Assembly: GCA_964016885.1 (NCBI GenBank)
Contig: OZ024742.1
Coordinates: forward strand, 125,116,001 to 125,180,000
Source of the DNA: Eledone cirrhosa
Taxonomy: Eukaryota
Reading direction: 5' to 3'
DNA length: 64,000 nt
Part shown: positions 27,039 through 40,135 of the stretch, piece after piece
How positions within the stretch are numbered: position 1 is the first letter of the stretch
Layout: each line of letters begins with the position of its first letter
Notes under the pieces: generated by a model
Seen by the model: the letters and a program-made list of their open reading frames with translations, nothing else
Database searches by the model: none
What the model was told of the DNA's origin: nothing
Translations under genes and position numbers: made by a program

Positions 27039-30000
27039 AAGGAAAATTGTGAACAGCTGGAATCTTCAGATTGATATCGTTCGAGGGAATGAAACTATAA
27101 TAAAGGCATTTAGATTTATTACCATGAGGTCGGTTGCTTTTCAAAAATCGAAAACGATATTAACAGTTGGAAAACTTAAACAAAGAGAGGCGCTATCATA
27201 TCTGGATGGATAGCGTTTCTGAGTAAAACATTTTCAAAAAATTCATTTAATCTCATTTTTATTCCCTAATCACCAGATTTAACCTTACTCAAGTTATTTC
27301 TAATTTTAAAAAAATGAAAATAATAAAAGGTATTTCTTAAAAGATTTGGATGTATACATTTTTTGAGACGGGGAATTCGCGGAGTCAAGAGGATATCAGA
27401 TTGAATAGTTTTGCAGTATTTGTTCCGGCACCCTGCGTGCTGAATTCAATTGCCCCGGAGCACAAATGTTCCATTCATCCTTGCGAAGTCGTTAAAAAGT
27501 ACCTATCTTGTACTGGGGTCGATTCTTGATCTATATCTCTAATTTACTTCCTTCATTTCACTCTATATCTTTTTATGGAAGACATATACTTTGCTCAGAC
27601 CTGGACAGAAGATTCGATCGACCAGGTTAAAAAATATCCAAGAGACACCGAGGAGTACATGTATTTTTTTTCGAATATGGAATATGGATTGAAGGCTGAT
27701 TATAATGTGAAATACTTTTCGGTGATGAATGTTCCAATTGTGCAATCAACAGGACAGCCAGCTCCTGAAATTAACGTACAAGTGATAGGACATTCCTCTG
27801 ACACGTGTACTCTTAACGTAATACTGCTGAGATATTCCTGCATGTCACTATGTGTGAAAAGGATGGCCCTTTAAATTATGATGTACAGCCACTTCGAAGG
27901 TCTCCCAGGCCGTTTCTGAATACCAGTTTTACTCAAAACGTATACGTTGACACATGGTTATGATAAATGACACTTTCACTAGATGCCATGCAGTAGGATC
28001 GAACACGAAACATTATGATTAAAAAACAAACTGTCACCATTCTCTCATGCTATATCCATTTGTCACACGTAAGAAAGAATTTAAGTTTCTATTTGACGGC
28101 AGAACTATCTTTAGAAAGAAAACTGAAATTGGTCGAGGCAATTTAAGTTAAATTAGAGATATTAATTGTAAAGAAACAAATTACTTTATTTCCAACTATA
28201 TTTCAATGATGTGTTACTCCTGATGTTCTCTATCGTTGCACTTTAAAATATTTTCTTGCCATTTAGTGCTAGCTTTTCCCATGAGACCATTCAGAAGAAT
28301 CGGTAATGTTCCACTTAATGTGTAGACACGTGAATTCACACATATGTTATGGATGCAGTACACAAGTAAATTAAATTAGATACCATTGATTTGTTGGAAA
28401 TATTTGAATGACACGTTGGCTTATGGCAATATATATGGTGAAATTTAGTGCTTCCTTTTCTAAATTAAGAAGAAAATGCAAATTTGTGAGCCCATGAGAC
28501 GGATGCATACATTAATTATCTTAATGTTCTGGTTTATATCAACGAAGTGTTTTCACGTTAGACTTTGTTAACGAGAAGAATTTAGTCATTAAATATTGGG
28601 GCATATGTAATCAACGTCTTCGCAACTGAAAATTCCTCGTGTTGTTGTTATTTATCCATGGATTACACCAAATCATAAACATTCCAGCTTTGAGTATTCA
28701 CTCATTTGGTTGAACAATACTCCTTCAGCACCACATTATTAAATGTAAATGTAAACCTACCCCACTTTCAAATTGATAGCATGTGAATTGTAGTAGAACT
28801 GTTCTTTGAAGCAGACCGAATGGTCATGTAGAATATTTACTTGGTTATTTGCTATAGTTTGAAAATTATTCCTGCTCTAAACCAGACGTTAAATTGTCGA
28901 AGATAGTTTCTACTGTAATAGTGATGTGTGTAATATTCGTAGTCTCTCATTCATTTGCTAACACTGCTTATAATAAATACATATAATGACGCACATACCT
29001 ACTTCTTTGAAACAGTGACAATTGTGGTGGGCTATCTTGACCATGTATCCACCAACGAAGTTTCAAACATCCGACCTAATTTAACTTTGTTCTGTTGACT
29101 ACCACCTTGAAAACTCAGTTACCTGATGCATTTTTTAAACAAATGTCAATAAATATAAATGGAAACCTGTTCCAGTTGAATGTGGCTGTGGTTTGACAGT
29201 CATTAGCAGGTTATTTATTTACGGTGTTTTGTAATCTGCTTTCTTGCTGAGACTATATGTGTGTTTATTATCATTATATGTATACATAAATCTCATCCAG
29301 ATAGGAGAGAACGTCAAATAATCGTAATGGGTTTATTAAATTATATACTCCAATTAAATTAAGAGTTTATGAATACAAAGGAACATATTAGCACAAGAAT
29401 TGGTGTATTATAATCACTGGATTACGTTTTATTCGATTTCATCAAGTCTAAAATATGTTTTCTTCATTTCCTGCCGTTGCAGACATAAGGTGTATAAGCG
29501 GTTAAACTTAACAATGATATAACTGTCAAGACGACACATTGTGATAAGATTCTCTAAAAGATATCGAAATATATAAAAATCAATGCAGCATTGAATGCCT
29601 TCTATTGAAAACAGTAATATTCAGAGTTTTTCACGATCATATTTTTTAAATATCTTTCAAATCTTAAACGTAACTGTTTTGTTTCATTGTGAATTATTTA
29701 GTATTGATGTCGAATATAGACATAAGATCAAACATTTTAGGAAGATGTGTGTAGGCAATTTTATCGACTCAAGAACTTAACTGAAACTTAATTTAAAACC
29801 TCAGGAAATTAAAAGGCCAAGTCGACTACGTAGAGCTTGAGCTCAAGATGAAAAAATACATGGGGAAATACCACAAGGTATCTTGTTCAATGCTCTATGA
29901 ATGTTTCAAGTTTATAGAAATAGCAGTTAAACCCACTTTAAGTAATACCCTTCCGCTTCAGGTCTGTTGAACTCTAGGGGACAGAAAGGGTTGAAATGTG

Positions 30001-30106
30001 TTTGAACATAAGTACGTTCTATCAATGATAATCTAGCTTTAAATAAAAGGGCAACTATATTCTCTTATCGCATGTTATTTGCTGAGATAAATGAACCAAG
30101 TTTGAA

Positions 30107-30204
<98 letters not shown>

Positions 30205-30309
30205 TAATAGTACAAAATCAGTAAAGAAATTCTTTCAAGACATACAGAGTCGGTATGGAGTTCCTGAGATCATATATATCATATATATATATATAGAGAG
30301 AGAGAGAGG

Positions 30310-30350
<41 letters not shown>

Positions 30351-30388
30351 ATACAATCCACACACACGCATGCACACACACTTTCACG

Positions 30389-30559
<171 letters not shown>

Positions 30560-30863
30560 ATATATATATATATATTTATATATACATATATATACATATA
30601 TATATATATTTATATATATATATTTATTTATATATATATTTATATATATATATTTCGTTTCTGAATTTATTTAGCACGATTCTTTATCTGAAAACGTGTG
30701 GTGAAACCGATAGTGTTATACTTTGGGAGGGTCATTTTGCCAATAAGAAACACACGCACCCGAAGCTTTCACTTCAATTTATTATAATAAATTTATAAAT
30801 TTAGGAATTTATAAATTTCCGGTTGGTTGGTTGGTTCCACAATCAGATGCTTGTTTATATATT

Positions 30864-30906
30864 GTCAAAGTTCTTTCGTCACACAGTCTGTGACCTCTTC
30901 ATTGAC
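30864..30906 (-). ncRNA. Hammerhead (family G), C3 mutated
   Basis: gtca-ATGAAGA-ggtcacagactgtgtgac-GAAA-gaac-TT-tgac. Confidence 0.6.
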
Positions 30907-32002
30907 TGGGGATTCTTTTCTTTGTTTTTGTGCCTCTCCTTTGTTCTGTCCTACGCCATCTTGTTTTTGTGCGTGCTTAGTTTGCGCATGCGTTACATCC
31001 GGGTGTCTGTGTGTGTTTATATTCGTTTATTTATTTGTTTATTTACATGTTACTGGTTGGTTGTTTGTTCTATGTGCGTGTGTGTTTTCATTTTGTCCTT
31101 AATTGTAAGTTGTGATGTTGCTGTTCCACTCATGTTTCTATTTAATTTTGGGTGTAATTCATTTATGTTTATTGCTTCTGTGATTTGTCTAAATATTGCG
31201 TCTTTTCTGTGTGTAGATTCTATTTTTATTTCTATGTTCTCTAATTTACCCTTATGTTCTATTTTAGCATGTTGGTAGAGTATAGATGATTCTTTACTAT
31301 CTTGAAGGTCTCGCCAGTGTTCATTTATCCGTTCCCCTACATTACGAGCTGTCTCACCTATGTACACTATAATTTTATCTCTACATTGTCCTTCAGTACA
31401 TCTTATGCTATATACTACATTTCTAGTTTTACAGTTAATATGGGGGCTTAATTTACAGATTATACATTTCTTATCTATACAGGGAGGTCTTTGAAAAGGG
31501 TATGTCTAGCTAATAAGTGTTTTTATAGAGGTACCTGGTCTTTCTACTATCTTAATATTGAGTTTATGTTTATCTAGTGCCCTTCTAAATTTGTAAGCTA
31601 ATTCACCTCTAGGGGTTGTATCGATGAACATTACACTCTGGTATTTATTGCTATCATACCATGAGTTTATTCTATTAGCCTTATTCTTAGTTCTTTCTAT
31701 TCTATTCCAAAATTTGCTCCTATACAAGGGGCAGGTCCCATTACAACCAAAATTAAATAGAAAACATGAGTGGAACAGCAACATCACAACTTACAATTAA
31801 GGACAAAATGAAAACACACACGCACATAGAACAGACAACCAAACAGTAACATGTAAATAAACAAATAAATAAACGAATATAAACACACACAGACACCCGG
31901 ATGTAACACATGCGCAAACTAAGCACACAACACACACACAAAAACAAGATGGCGTAGGACAGAACAAATGAGAGGCACAAAAAACAAAGAAAAGAATCCC
32001 CA

Positions 32003-32045
32003 GCCACTGAAGAGGTCACAGAATGTGTGACGAAAGAACATTGAC
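32003..32045 (+). ncRNA. Hammerhead (family G), cleavage site mutated
   Basis: gcca-CTGAAGA-ggtcacagaatgtgtgac-GAAA-gaac-AT-tgac. Confidence 0.6.
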
Positions 32046-32199
32046 AATATATAGACAACCATCTGGTTGTGGAACCAACCAACCAACCGGAAATTTATAA
32101 ATAAATTCCTAAATTTATAAATGTATTATAATAAATTGAAGTGAAAGCAACTGATGGGTGTGTTTCTTATTGGCAACATGACCCTCCCAAAGTATAACA

Positions 32200-34420
32200 A
32201 TATATCCATGTTTTGTTTCATTGAGCATTTTACTTAATGGTATAAGTGAGATGCAGAATAAAAGCGGTGATAAAGAGTCACCCTGAAAAATTCCACAATT
32301 AATATTAACTTCTCCAGCTTCCAGTGATTTTGTTTCACTATTTAAAAGGAGTGTCGTTTTCCAAGTCTTCATACTGAATGACAAAAACCTCCTGACAACG
32401 GGTGATATTTTGAAAATCTCTAAACATTTTTCAATCCAACTGTGTGGCAAAATATCGAATGCTTTTTTATAATCTATCCAAGCAATTGATAGATTTTTGT
32501 GTCTATTATGACAATCTTCCAGTATCATTTTGTTAACCAAAAGTTGATCCTTACAGCCATATGAGCCTCGTTTACACACTTTCTGCTCAATGGGAAATAG
32601 GTCATTTGTTATCAGGTGGCCATATGTATATTCAGTTAGGACTGATGTTAACACTTTATACATTGTGGTCAAGCAAGTTATCGGTCTGTAATTTTTGGGA
32701 TTGTTTGTCTCATCATTCTTCGGAAGCAGGAATGTAATGCCGTTAACTAGCCATGATGGTATCTTTTCTGGCTCCTTAACTATTTCATTGTAAAGTTGGG
32801 CTAACAGCTTATGAGACTCTGTGAAGGCATTTATCCAAAATTTTGTATTTTGTCTTTTCCTGGGGATTTCCATATGCTGGTTTTTCTAAGAGCCAAACGC
32901 AACTGTTCAACTGTTATATTTTCCCATATTTGTTCCTCAAGGTGAGCTGTATCTTTCATTTGTCTGTCTATCCATGGGGCATGTATATTATAAACTTTTT
33001 CTTCGGCCCAGATCTTTTCCCAGAATGCTTGCACTTCCTCCTTGGGTGGTATTGATTTAGCAGTTATTGTTGACTTACCAATTTTTCTGTAGAAGTTTTT
33101 TTGGTTGTTTTTGGACATATTATTGTCCTTATAGATCGTTTTTCAAAGCGCCTTATACGAGCAGCTTTGGCCTACACTTTTTGCTTGATTATTTATATCA
33201 GTATGTCAATGTCACTTGTTGATTTTATACTGTACTTTCTTTTCAATTTTCTAAGTTTAGTTTGTTTAACATGTTCACCTACTTTATAGTTTGTTAAAAT
33301 TTCTATGTCAGATCGGAGAAGGTTTATTTGGCGATTGATGTTCTCTTGCCAAGTAGATTTCTTGTGGGAATTGCTTTGTTTTTTTCATTTTCCCTCCACA
33401 TAAGTGAGTGGTGATTTTAGCCGATGCATAATAGAGATGATTTCAATCAGTAATGTTTAGTTTGTTTGTGATGATAATGTTTTTGAGAATTATGTTAGTC
33501 TTGTGTATTATCTTTTGGTTCTGTTTGGAGTTCTGGATTTAGGGAGGATGTCTCGTTCCCCCATGTCAGATTCTTTCATTTTCAACCATTCGATCATAAT
33601 TTCATCCTTCAAGTTGGCAAGTTCATTCTCATTCATTTCTTTATCATTTACGATCTCATTGTTTTCATTTTGAGATTCATCTTGAGCATGCACTCCCTCC
33701 ACTTTTTCGATCCTTTCTTTAATTTGTTCTGTTGTCAGTGATTCAGCCCCAACCCTGGGATTCGAAGTGTTACAATTGACCTCGTTTTCACTGACACATG
33801 TTTCATTTTCCCTTCGCAGACTATGTGCTAATAGCTTGATCTGATCAATTTCTATATCAGTTAGTAACTTTTTTTAACAATATTTCTTCGTATATTGGCT
33901 AGTTTGTTACTGTCAATATAGCCTCTGTTTTCGGGATGTTTCTTTTTCCAGTTGATATATGTCTGTTCTGTATTCGATGTATTTGATGGGTAGTACATGG
34001 CAGTGTAGAAAGCCTCAAGGACTTCTTTATTATCTTCCCTTGACCATTTTTCTCTCTTTTTCTTTGGATTTCTTGGTGGTGAGCATGGAGAGCCAACAGT
34101 AGGAGTATTCCGGTTATGGGAGGTCTCCAGCTCCGAAATGATGGGAAGGTTTGAACCATTAGCTGATTTTTCGACCCCAGTCTGGTTCCTCTCTGAGGGA
34201 CGCGGCCTTTTTTGACCCGGGTGACGGCTGATACGGTATGAGATTTTATCATTTGACATTTACTTTATTTTGTCGCGTTTTATCCTTATCCGCCAAGGGT
34301 AATCATTTCGTGTTACCACTTCTAGGACGAGTGTCAACCCAGACTAGAGGGGTCGTCCTCCCCTAGAGACACGGCTATTCCCCGCCGGCCGCCATCCCGG
34401 TATTTCTTGGTCACGGGGTT
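32200..34420 (-). mobile_element. R4/Dong-like non-LTR retrotransposon, 5' part, frameshifted and 3'-truncated within RT
   Basis: N-term KWSREDNKEV..KLANIRRNIVKK. RT motifs KSPGKDKIQNF, NYRPITCL, GCKDQLL, WIDYKKAFD and GIFQGDSLSPLLF. It ends before the YxDD motif. Confidence 0.85.
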
Positions 34421-34942
34421 TTCTTTTTTGTTGTTTTTTTAAATCGTTATTATCATGAGTGGTTCCTTAATGTGAGCATTGCGTGGCTTAAGAATGAATT
34501 TATTAATAATATAATATACGTTTTGCTGAAGTTGCCTGTTATTGTTGTTGGCTATGTCGGTGGTGGTGCTGGGGCTTTTTCTATTGTTGGTGGGGAAGGG
34601 AGGAGCCAGCAGTGCCATAGTCATTGACATTTGACCCGTGGCCGGGTCACTAAGTCAGTCTAGTTATATCTTTTGCTAGCCTCTCCCTTGTCTAGTGATA
34701 CCGCCACCTTCCCCTTTCTTAAGTTAACAGAAGGTAATGGGGGAATAGTGGTGGTAGCAATGAAGGATTGGTGGCGGCGGTGATGGGATAGTGGTAGTAA
34801 TGATGAAGTGAGTGGTGGCGACGGTGACTATAGCGAGTGAGTTGTCATTACTGAGTTTTGTTGAATAGACTGTAGTTTGTTTGATCTGTGTATCTATGCG
34901 GATTGTCGCGTATGTTTAATATGTGTGTTATTATTATTATTA

Positions 34943-35934
34943 CGGGACAACAATCCAACTAATGATTGACGGAAGAAGGCCACTCTGCTTCGTCTGCGGG
35001 GAAGCAACGCATCTTCAAGCCTTCTGCCCTCAGCGCAAAAATGCAGGGGGTCGCAAACCTCCTTTGTTGCCAAAGCCAGTGTCAGCACGGAAAGCTGCAC
35101 CACCACCAAAAACAACATCAACAAAAACACGGACACCAACATCAAAAGCAGCTGGATCACCACCAACACCAAAACCAATCCAAGGAGAAAACGAGGAAAG
35201 CCCCCCCCCCCCCCCCAATTATACACATATACAAAACAATAAACGCACACACAGACACAGAGACACTCACAGACACAGACCCTTTGTCTTCCAGCAGCGA
35301 AGATGAAGGAAAACCCAAAATTGCAAAAAAACAGAGAAAACTCACAAAAGAAAAAGCTCCAACAAAACACAAAAACACACACAACAAAAAATACAGATAC
35401 GACTAACGCAGACACTTCCCCAATAACATCATCACCAACAGCAACATCGACACCACCTCCACAATCCGCGAAACGCAAACAACCTAAACAAACACAAGTA
35501 CAAATAAACACACAAATACCTGAAATTGCAGACACCACACCTACAACAAACATAGACATACCCGAAACAACACCACCAAAACCATCGCCATCACCTTCAC
35601 CAAAACGAAAACAAATAAAACCACACCAACAAAATGTTAAAAACTTCGTGCTTGACAGAAGGGCCAACGCTAAACTGATGGCCCTCTTAGCGCGAAGCGA
35701 GGACATTCAAACAGAGGGGGAGATTTTTGAAATGAGCACATTTTGCCTGCCAGAAGATTTGCTTCTGGTCTGAATGTCACTCAATTCCTTCAAAGAAATT
35801 CGAGAGAGCTTTCCTCAAGACGTGGGAACCCCGAATGTGAAACCCACATCAAGACTTTTAAAGGGGTTCCCAAAAGAAACCCCCACCAACCATGGAGGTC
35901 AAACCACCCGACCTTCACAAGACCCGCGAGGTAA
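34943..35934 (+). pseudogene. LINE ORF1 remnant with CCHC zinc knuckle
   Basis: CFVCGEATHLQAFC followed by a Pro/Thr/Lys-rich region with frameshifts. Confidence 0.75.
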
Positions 35935-35971
35935 GTAAACCTTCCCTCTCTCTCTCTCTTAGCTTACCAAT

Positions 35972-38830
35972 ATGGCCATATTAAGAGTAGGAAGTTTATA
36001 TGTTCGCGGCCTGGGGTCACCCTGGAAGCAGGGTCGCCTGCTCAACGACCTCCGGTCGCTGGAAATAGATGTGATTGCCGTAAGCGAGACCAGAATTTCC
36101 GACACGCGCGCACTAGCCCCCATTTTCGACGACTATCAGATCTACGCATCTGTTAGCAGGCCGGGAACGAGGGGTGGGGTGGCAGTGCTGTTTAGGAAAG
36201 GACTGGATCTCGAGATAAGGTCGATCTTCCGCGACCCGGACGGTAAGTTGGTGGTCTTGGATGTGAGCAGTAGCGAAGGTGGTGCCTTTAGACTGCTGGC
36301 CGTCTACGCCACTACAGCGGCCGGACGACCTGACTTCTTTAGGCGCTGGAGACCTATCTGGGTACGTCTCGCCCTTTTCTGTTAGCGTGGGACTGGAATG
36401 GCATCTTAGACGAACGCTGGGGTTGTGTGGGAGTAGCCGATAGGAGCAGGGGGTGCAAAGGCCTCAAGCACCTACTAAGCCAGTTCCAACTGTCTGACAG
36501 GTATCGACTAGATTTCCCCAATGTGCCAGTAATAAATGTGCCAGTAATAAAACCACAATTCCGTCTTTGGCGGACCGAGACGGACACGAGATAAGCGATT
36601 CCAAGCGGATGTGTGAGGCCTTTCGCCAGCACTTTGCTCGGTTGTTCAGAGAGAGTGGCGAGTCAGAGAGAGTAGCGGATTTCAGTCGCTACCTTGACGG
36701 CTTGCCGCGTCTCTCGACGGTCGACGCTGAGCGCAGCGAAAGGCCGATTACTTCAGCCGAAATTCAGGACGCCCTTGTCGGCTGCATGAGGCGCAAGTCA
36801 CCCGGTTTGGATGGCCTGCCCTACGAGCTTTACGTAAATATGCCAGACTTGTTCTCCGAACTCCTCGAAGCACTCTACTGCAACTGGCAGCAGAATGGGA
36901 GTATTCCCAGTTCTGTGAGCAGGAGAGTGGTGACACTGATAAGGAAAGACGAGAACAAGAGGGATACATTAGACAACTTCAGGCCCATAACTCTGCTCAA
37001 CACAGAGTTTAAGATTTTGGCCAAGGTGTTAGCAAAGAGATTGGCGCTTGTCGTCGAGGATTTGGTTGGGGAGGCGCAAACTTGCGCAATCCCATCCAGG
37101 TCCATACACGACAATCTCCACCTCATGCGATACATCATAAGGAGGGTAGGGTGTAAACCTGGCTTCGGTGGGGCACTGATCAATTTAGATCAATCGAAAG
37201 CATTCGATAGGTTCGACCATCGGTATCTGGAGTTTGTCCTCAAGGCAGCTGGCTTCGGCCCCGTCTTGAGAAGCTGGATCGTTGCAATGCACAGCGACAC
37301 ATGCTCGGTGGTCAAGGTTAATGGCCACCTCTCGGAACCATTTCGGCTCTCACGATCGGTCCGTCAAGGGTGCCCTCTCTCTTCCCTTCTGTACGTATTG
37401 ACTCTCGAGCCTTTACTGCGGAAGCTGGAGCTGTTGCAGGGCATCCCGTTCGAACCGGGACGTAGAAGGGCGGTGTCGGCTTATGCGGACGACATCACCG
37501 TGATGGTGTCGAACACCTCTGATATCGAGGTGGTCGGCAGCTTATTGAAGGAATATGAAAGGTTGACAGGAGCCAAACTTAACCCGGAAAAGTCGGTGGG
37601 CTTGCAGCTCGGAACCTGGAGAGGCCAGCCCATGCCGTCCAACAGCGTCGTGGGGCGCTGGACGGACGGACCGGTATAGTTGCTCGGGGTTTGGTTCGGA
37701 CCAGACCTCCGGGTGGAAAAGAATTGGGACGAGGTAACGAGCAGAGTAGCCAGTCTCACCCAAAAATGGGCTGGGAGGAAGCTATCACTGAAAGGTCGCG
37801 CGGAGGTGGCGAATGCGTACATCGCGTCCGTCATCTACTACCGCCTGACCGTCGTGCCGTGCCTCCGTCCGCGCCTCGTCAAGCTGGAACGGCTCCTCTT
37901 CAAATTCTTGTGGAGGGGACAAGTTCCGTTGGTGAGGCGGTCCATCTGCTGCCAGCACACTCTAGGCGGAGGGCTGGGCATGCCGTGGCTAATGATGGGC
38001 AGACATGCGTTGAGGCTGCGACATCTCCAGATATTCTGCCTCAACGGTGAACAGGTGTGGTCGCCGTTTGTCAGACGGGCCTTTCCGCAGCTCATTTCTT
38101 TGACCGAGCTGCAGTCCTGTGTCAAGAAGAGACCGAGACTGGGTGACTGGCACCTGGAATGTTGCCAGGCACTCACTGCCCTCTACCAAGCGGACAATTC
38201 GATCAGTGGAACCTCCACTCTCGAGTTCTATAGAGGATTAGTGGTGGGCAAGTGCGATGACGCACTCGGAGAAGCTTTGGGCATCGATGAAGTCGAACTT
38301 AGCAGTCTGTAACGGAGGACAATTTCCAGAAATCCCTCGCTTGGCAGTGCTACCGGGGGGCACTGCAGGTTCGGGATAAACTCTACAGGCACGGAAGTGC
38401 TGTCAGACGGACCTGCCCAAGATGCGCACAGAACGACGAAACCATTCTGCACGCACTTGTCCAATCTCCGTGTATTACTGACTTGTGGAGTTATGTCGAA
38501 CAGCTACTGTCGCGTGTGGAACGAATCCGGCTATCGGTCGAGTCCATAGTAAAGATCGTTCCACCGCCTTCCTTAGGTCAGAAAGAGCAGGAAATTTTCC
38601 TCTGTCTGGTGGCAGTTGCGAAAGAGATTATATGGTGAACCAGGTTGAAAGGACTAAAGACAGACACTTTTCTCTTCGGCCAATCCCTCATCAACTTCTT
38701 CAAGTTTCACCTGGAAAGGAAGGTGAGGGTGGAGAGAGAAGTGCTGCTCCCCAGTACATTTGCTAAAAGGTGGGTGAATGTGGCGAGAATGGCTCGTGTG
38801 AATGGGCCTACTCTGACCATGCGCCTATAG
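35972..38830 (+). pseudogene. LINE ORF2 (APE endonuclease-RT-zinc finger), disrupted
   Basis: VGSLYVRGL..DVIAVSET; KSPGLDGL, NFRPITLLN, LDQSKAFDR, VRQGCPLS, AYADD; CPRCAQNDETILHAL. Stop at 37677, frameshifts and an internal deletion near 36550. Confidence 0.92.
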
Positions 38831-39109
38831 GCTGGCTAACTTGAGGAGAGGGGTGCACTCCCTGGGTTCCCTAGAAGCGCAGGGTGGTTCAGGATTGGTG
38901 GGGTACCTGAAGCACCCCAGGGTCGTACACCCCCTATCGGAGAATTTATTTTGTTATATTTATGCATAGTTTATTTTATATTTTTATATTTTCATTGTTA
39001 AATTAGTCTTGCCATTGTGCACTTTTACTCCACGTTATTGTAAACCCCCACTGTCCCTGTCTTTGCATTGTCCCCTACATGTCGGCCCTGGTGGCTAATA
39101 AATGAAATC

Positions 39110-39110
<1 letters not shown>

Positions 39111-39188
<78 letters not shown>
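39111..39188. repeat. (TTA)n microsatellite
   Basis: Seen directly. Confidence 0.97.
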
Positions 39189-39189
<1 letters not shown>

Positions 39190-39321
39190 GAAGCTGCATA
39201 AGTTGGCTCAACTTATAATAAAAAAGAAATATGCAAATGAGATTAATTATGTTATTTACACAGACGAGAAACTATATATTCTCGCCTGTCTTCTAGTCAG
39301 CAGTCGCAAGCGCTGGGAGGG

Positions 39322-39365
39322 ACCGTCCTGACGATGGCCAGTTAATCCTGAAATGCATAGACGGT
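39322..39365 (+). ncRNA. Type I hammerhead (family H), copy 1
   Basis: accgtc-CTGACGA-tggccagttaatcct-GAAA-tgca-TA-gacggt. Confidence 0.85.
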
Positions 39366-39645
39366 TGTCCCCCTTGCTTCTGCTGGACATCACCAAAGAG
39401 GCGTTAGGCCCTCGGTGTTTGCATAGCTACGGCTTCCTAAAACCATATTTCTTTGGAGACACGAAATATGTTTACAAGGTGTATAAAGCTATGCTTGAAG
39501 CGAAATCGTATTTCTTTTTTATTGTAAGTTGAGCCAGCTTATGCAGCTTCATATGCAAATGAGACTAATCACTTCATTTACACAAACCAGAAAACTATAT
39601 ATTCTCGCCTGTCTACTAGTCCAGCAGTCGCAAGCGTTGGGAGGG

Positions 39646-39689
39646 ACCGTCCTGACGATGGCCAGTTAAGCCTGAAATGCATAGACGGT
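39646..39689 (+). ncRNA. Type I hammerhead (family H), copy 2
   Basis: accgtc-CTGACGA-tggccagttaagcct-GAAA-tgca-TA-gacggt. Confidence 0.88.
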
Positions 39690-39705
39690 TGTCCCTATAT
39701 ATATA

Positions 39706-40071
39706 TTTAGGTCTTTACGAAGGTCCGACTTCCACACCGATCTCAAGGTGTGGCACGCCGCCTAGGCTGTGATCTTCCTCTCGGCCACATCATCTTCCGT
39801 ATATCAAATATTACCTCCCAAATACAGGAGGTCGTCAACCAATTTTAGCGGCTTACGCCTACATTAGTAATCTTCTCTGGCTTTTTAATATTCTCTACCA
39901 GATACTTCATCTTAATCTCATTCATTCTCAGCTCAGACCAAGGTTAACATATGTTGATGCCCTAAGGACAGACACTGTTCTCTTGGGGACGCAGGACACG
40001 GCAGCGATAATGTGGGAAGAGAGACGGCTGGAGAGAGCTCGTCCATGGATCTCGGGAATTTTACCCGCCCT

Positions 40072-40072
<1 letters not shown>
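39706..40072. mobile_element. RTE fragment with 5' inversion (- 39706-39945; + 39947-40072)
   Basis: Minus: LKLVDDLLYLGGNI*YTEDDVAERKITA*AACHTLRSVWKSDL. Plus: RTE 3' end then (TA)n. Confidence 0.7.

Positions 40073-40135
<63 letters not shown>

Larger units (their letters stand above)
30714..32199 (-). mobile_element. Penelope-like element: GIY-YIG region (~31150-31735) with 3' region duplicated in inverted orientation (30714-31157 vs 31741-32199)
   Basis: CKTRNVVYSIRC..YIGETARNVGERINEH..RQITEAININELHPKLN, with ~450-bp inverted arms. Confidence 0.85.
34943..39110 (+). mobile_element. Tx1/L1-clade LINE, 5'-truncated, flanked by (TTA)n
   Basis: ORF1 zinc knuckle, APE endonuclease, RT, C-terminal zinc finger, aataaa at 39097. 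It is GC-rich relative to the flanks. Confidence 0.92.
39189..39695 (+). mobile_element. Small non-coding element with two direct repeats (39232-39370, 39554-39695), each carrying an HHR (retrozyme/pLTR-like)
   Basis: ~140-bp direct repeats. 39188-39231 is an inverted copy of 39509-39552. Flanked by (TTA)n and (TA)n. Confidence 0.8.

Noticed and set aside
27575-27874. 99-aa ORF as a host exon
   Set aside because: No recognisable domain or convincing splice context, and it lies between decayed SINEs. A BLASTX search would be needed.
34894-35706. 270-aa hydrophobic minus-strand ORF
   Set aside because: Antisense shadow of the A/C-rich LINE ORF1.
39720-39795. GC-rich hairpin as a possible HDV or twister ribozyme
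   Set aside because: Explained as RTE coding sequence on the minus strand (AACHTLRSVWKSDL).
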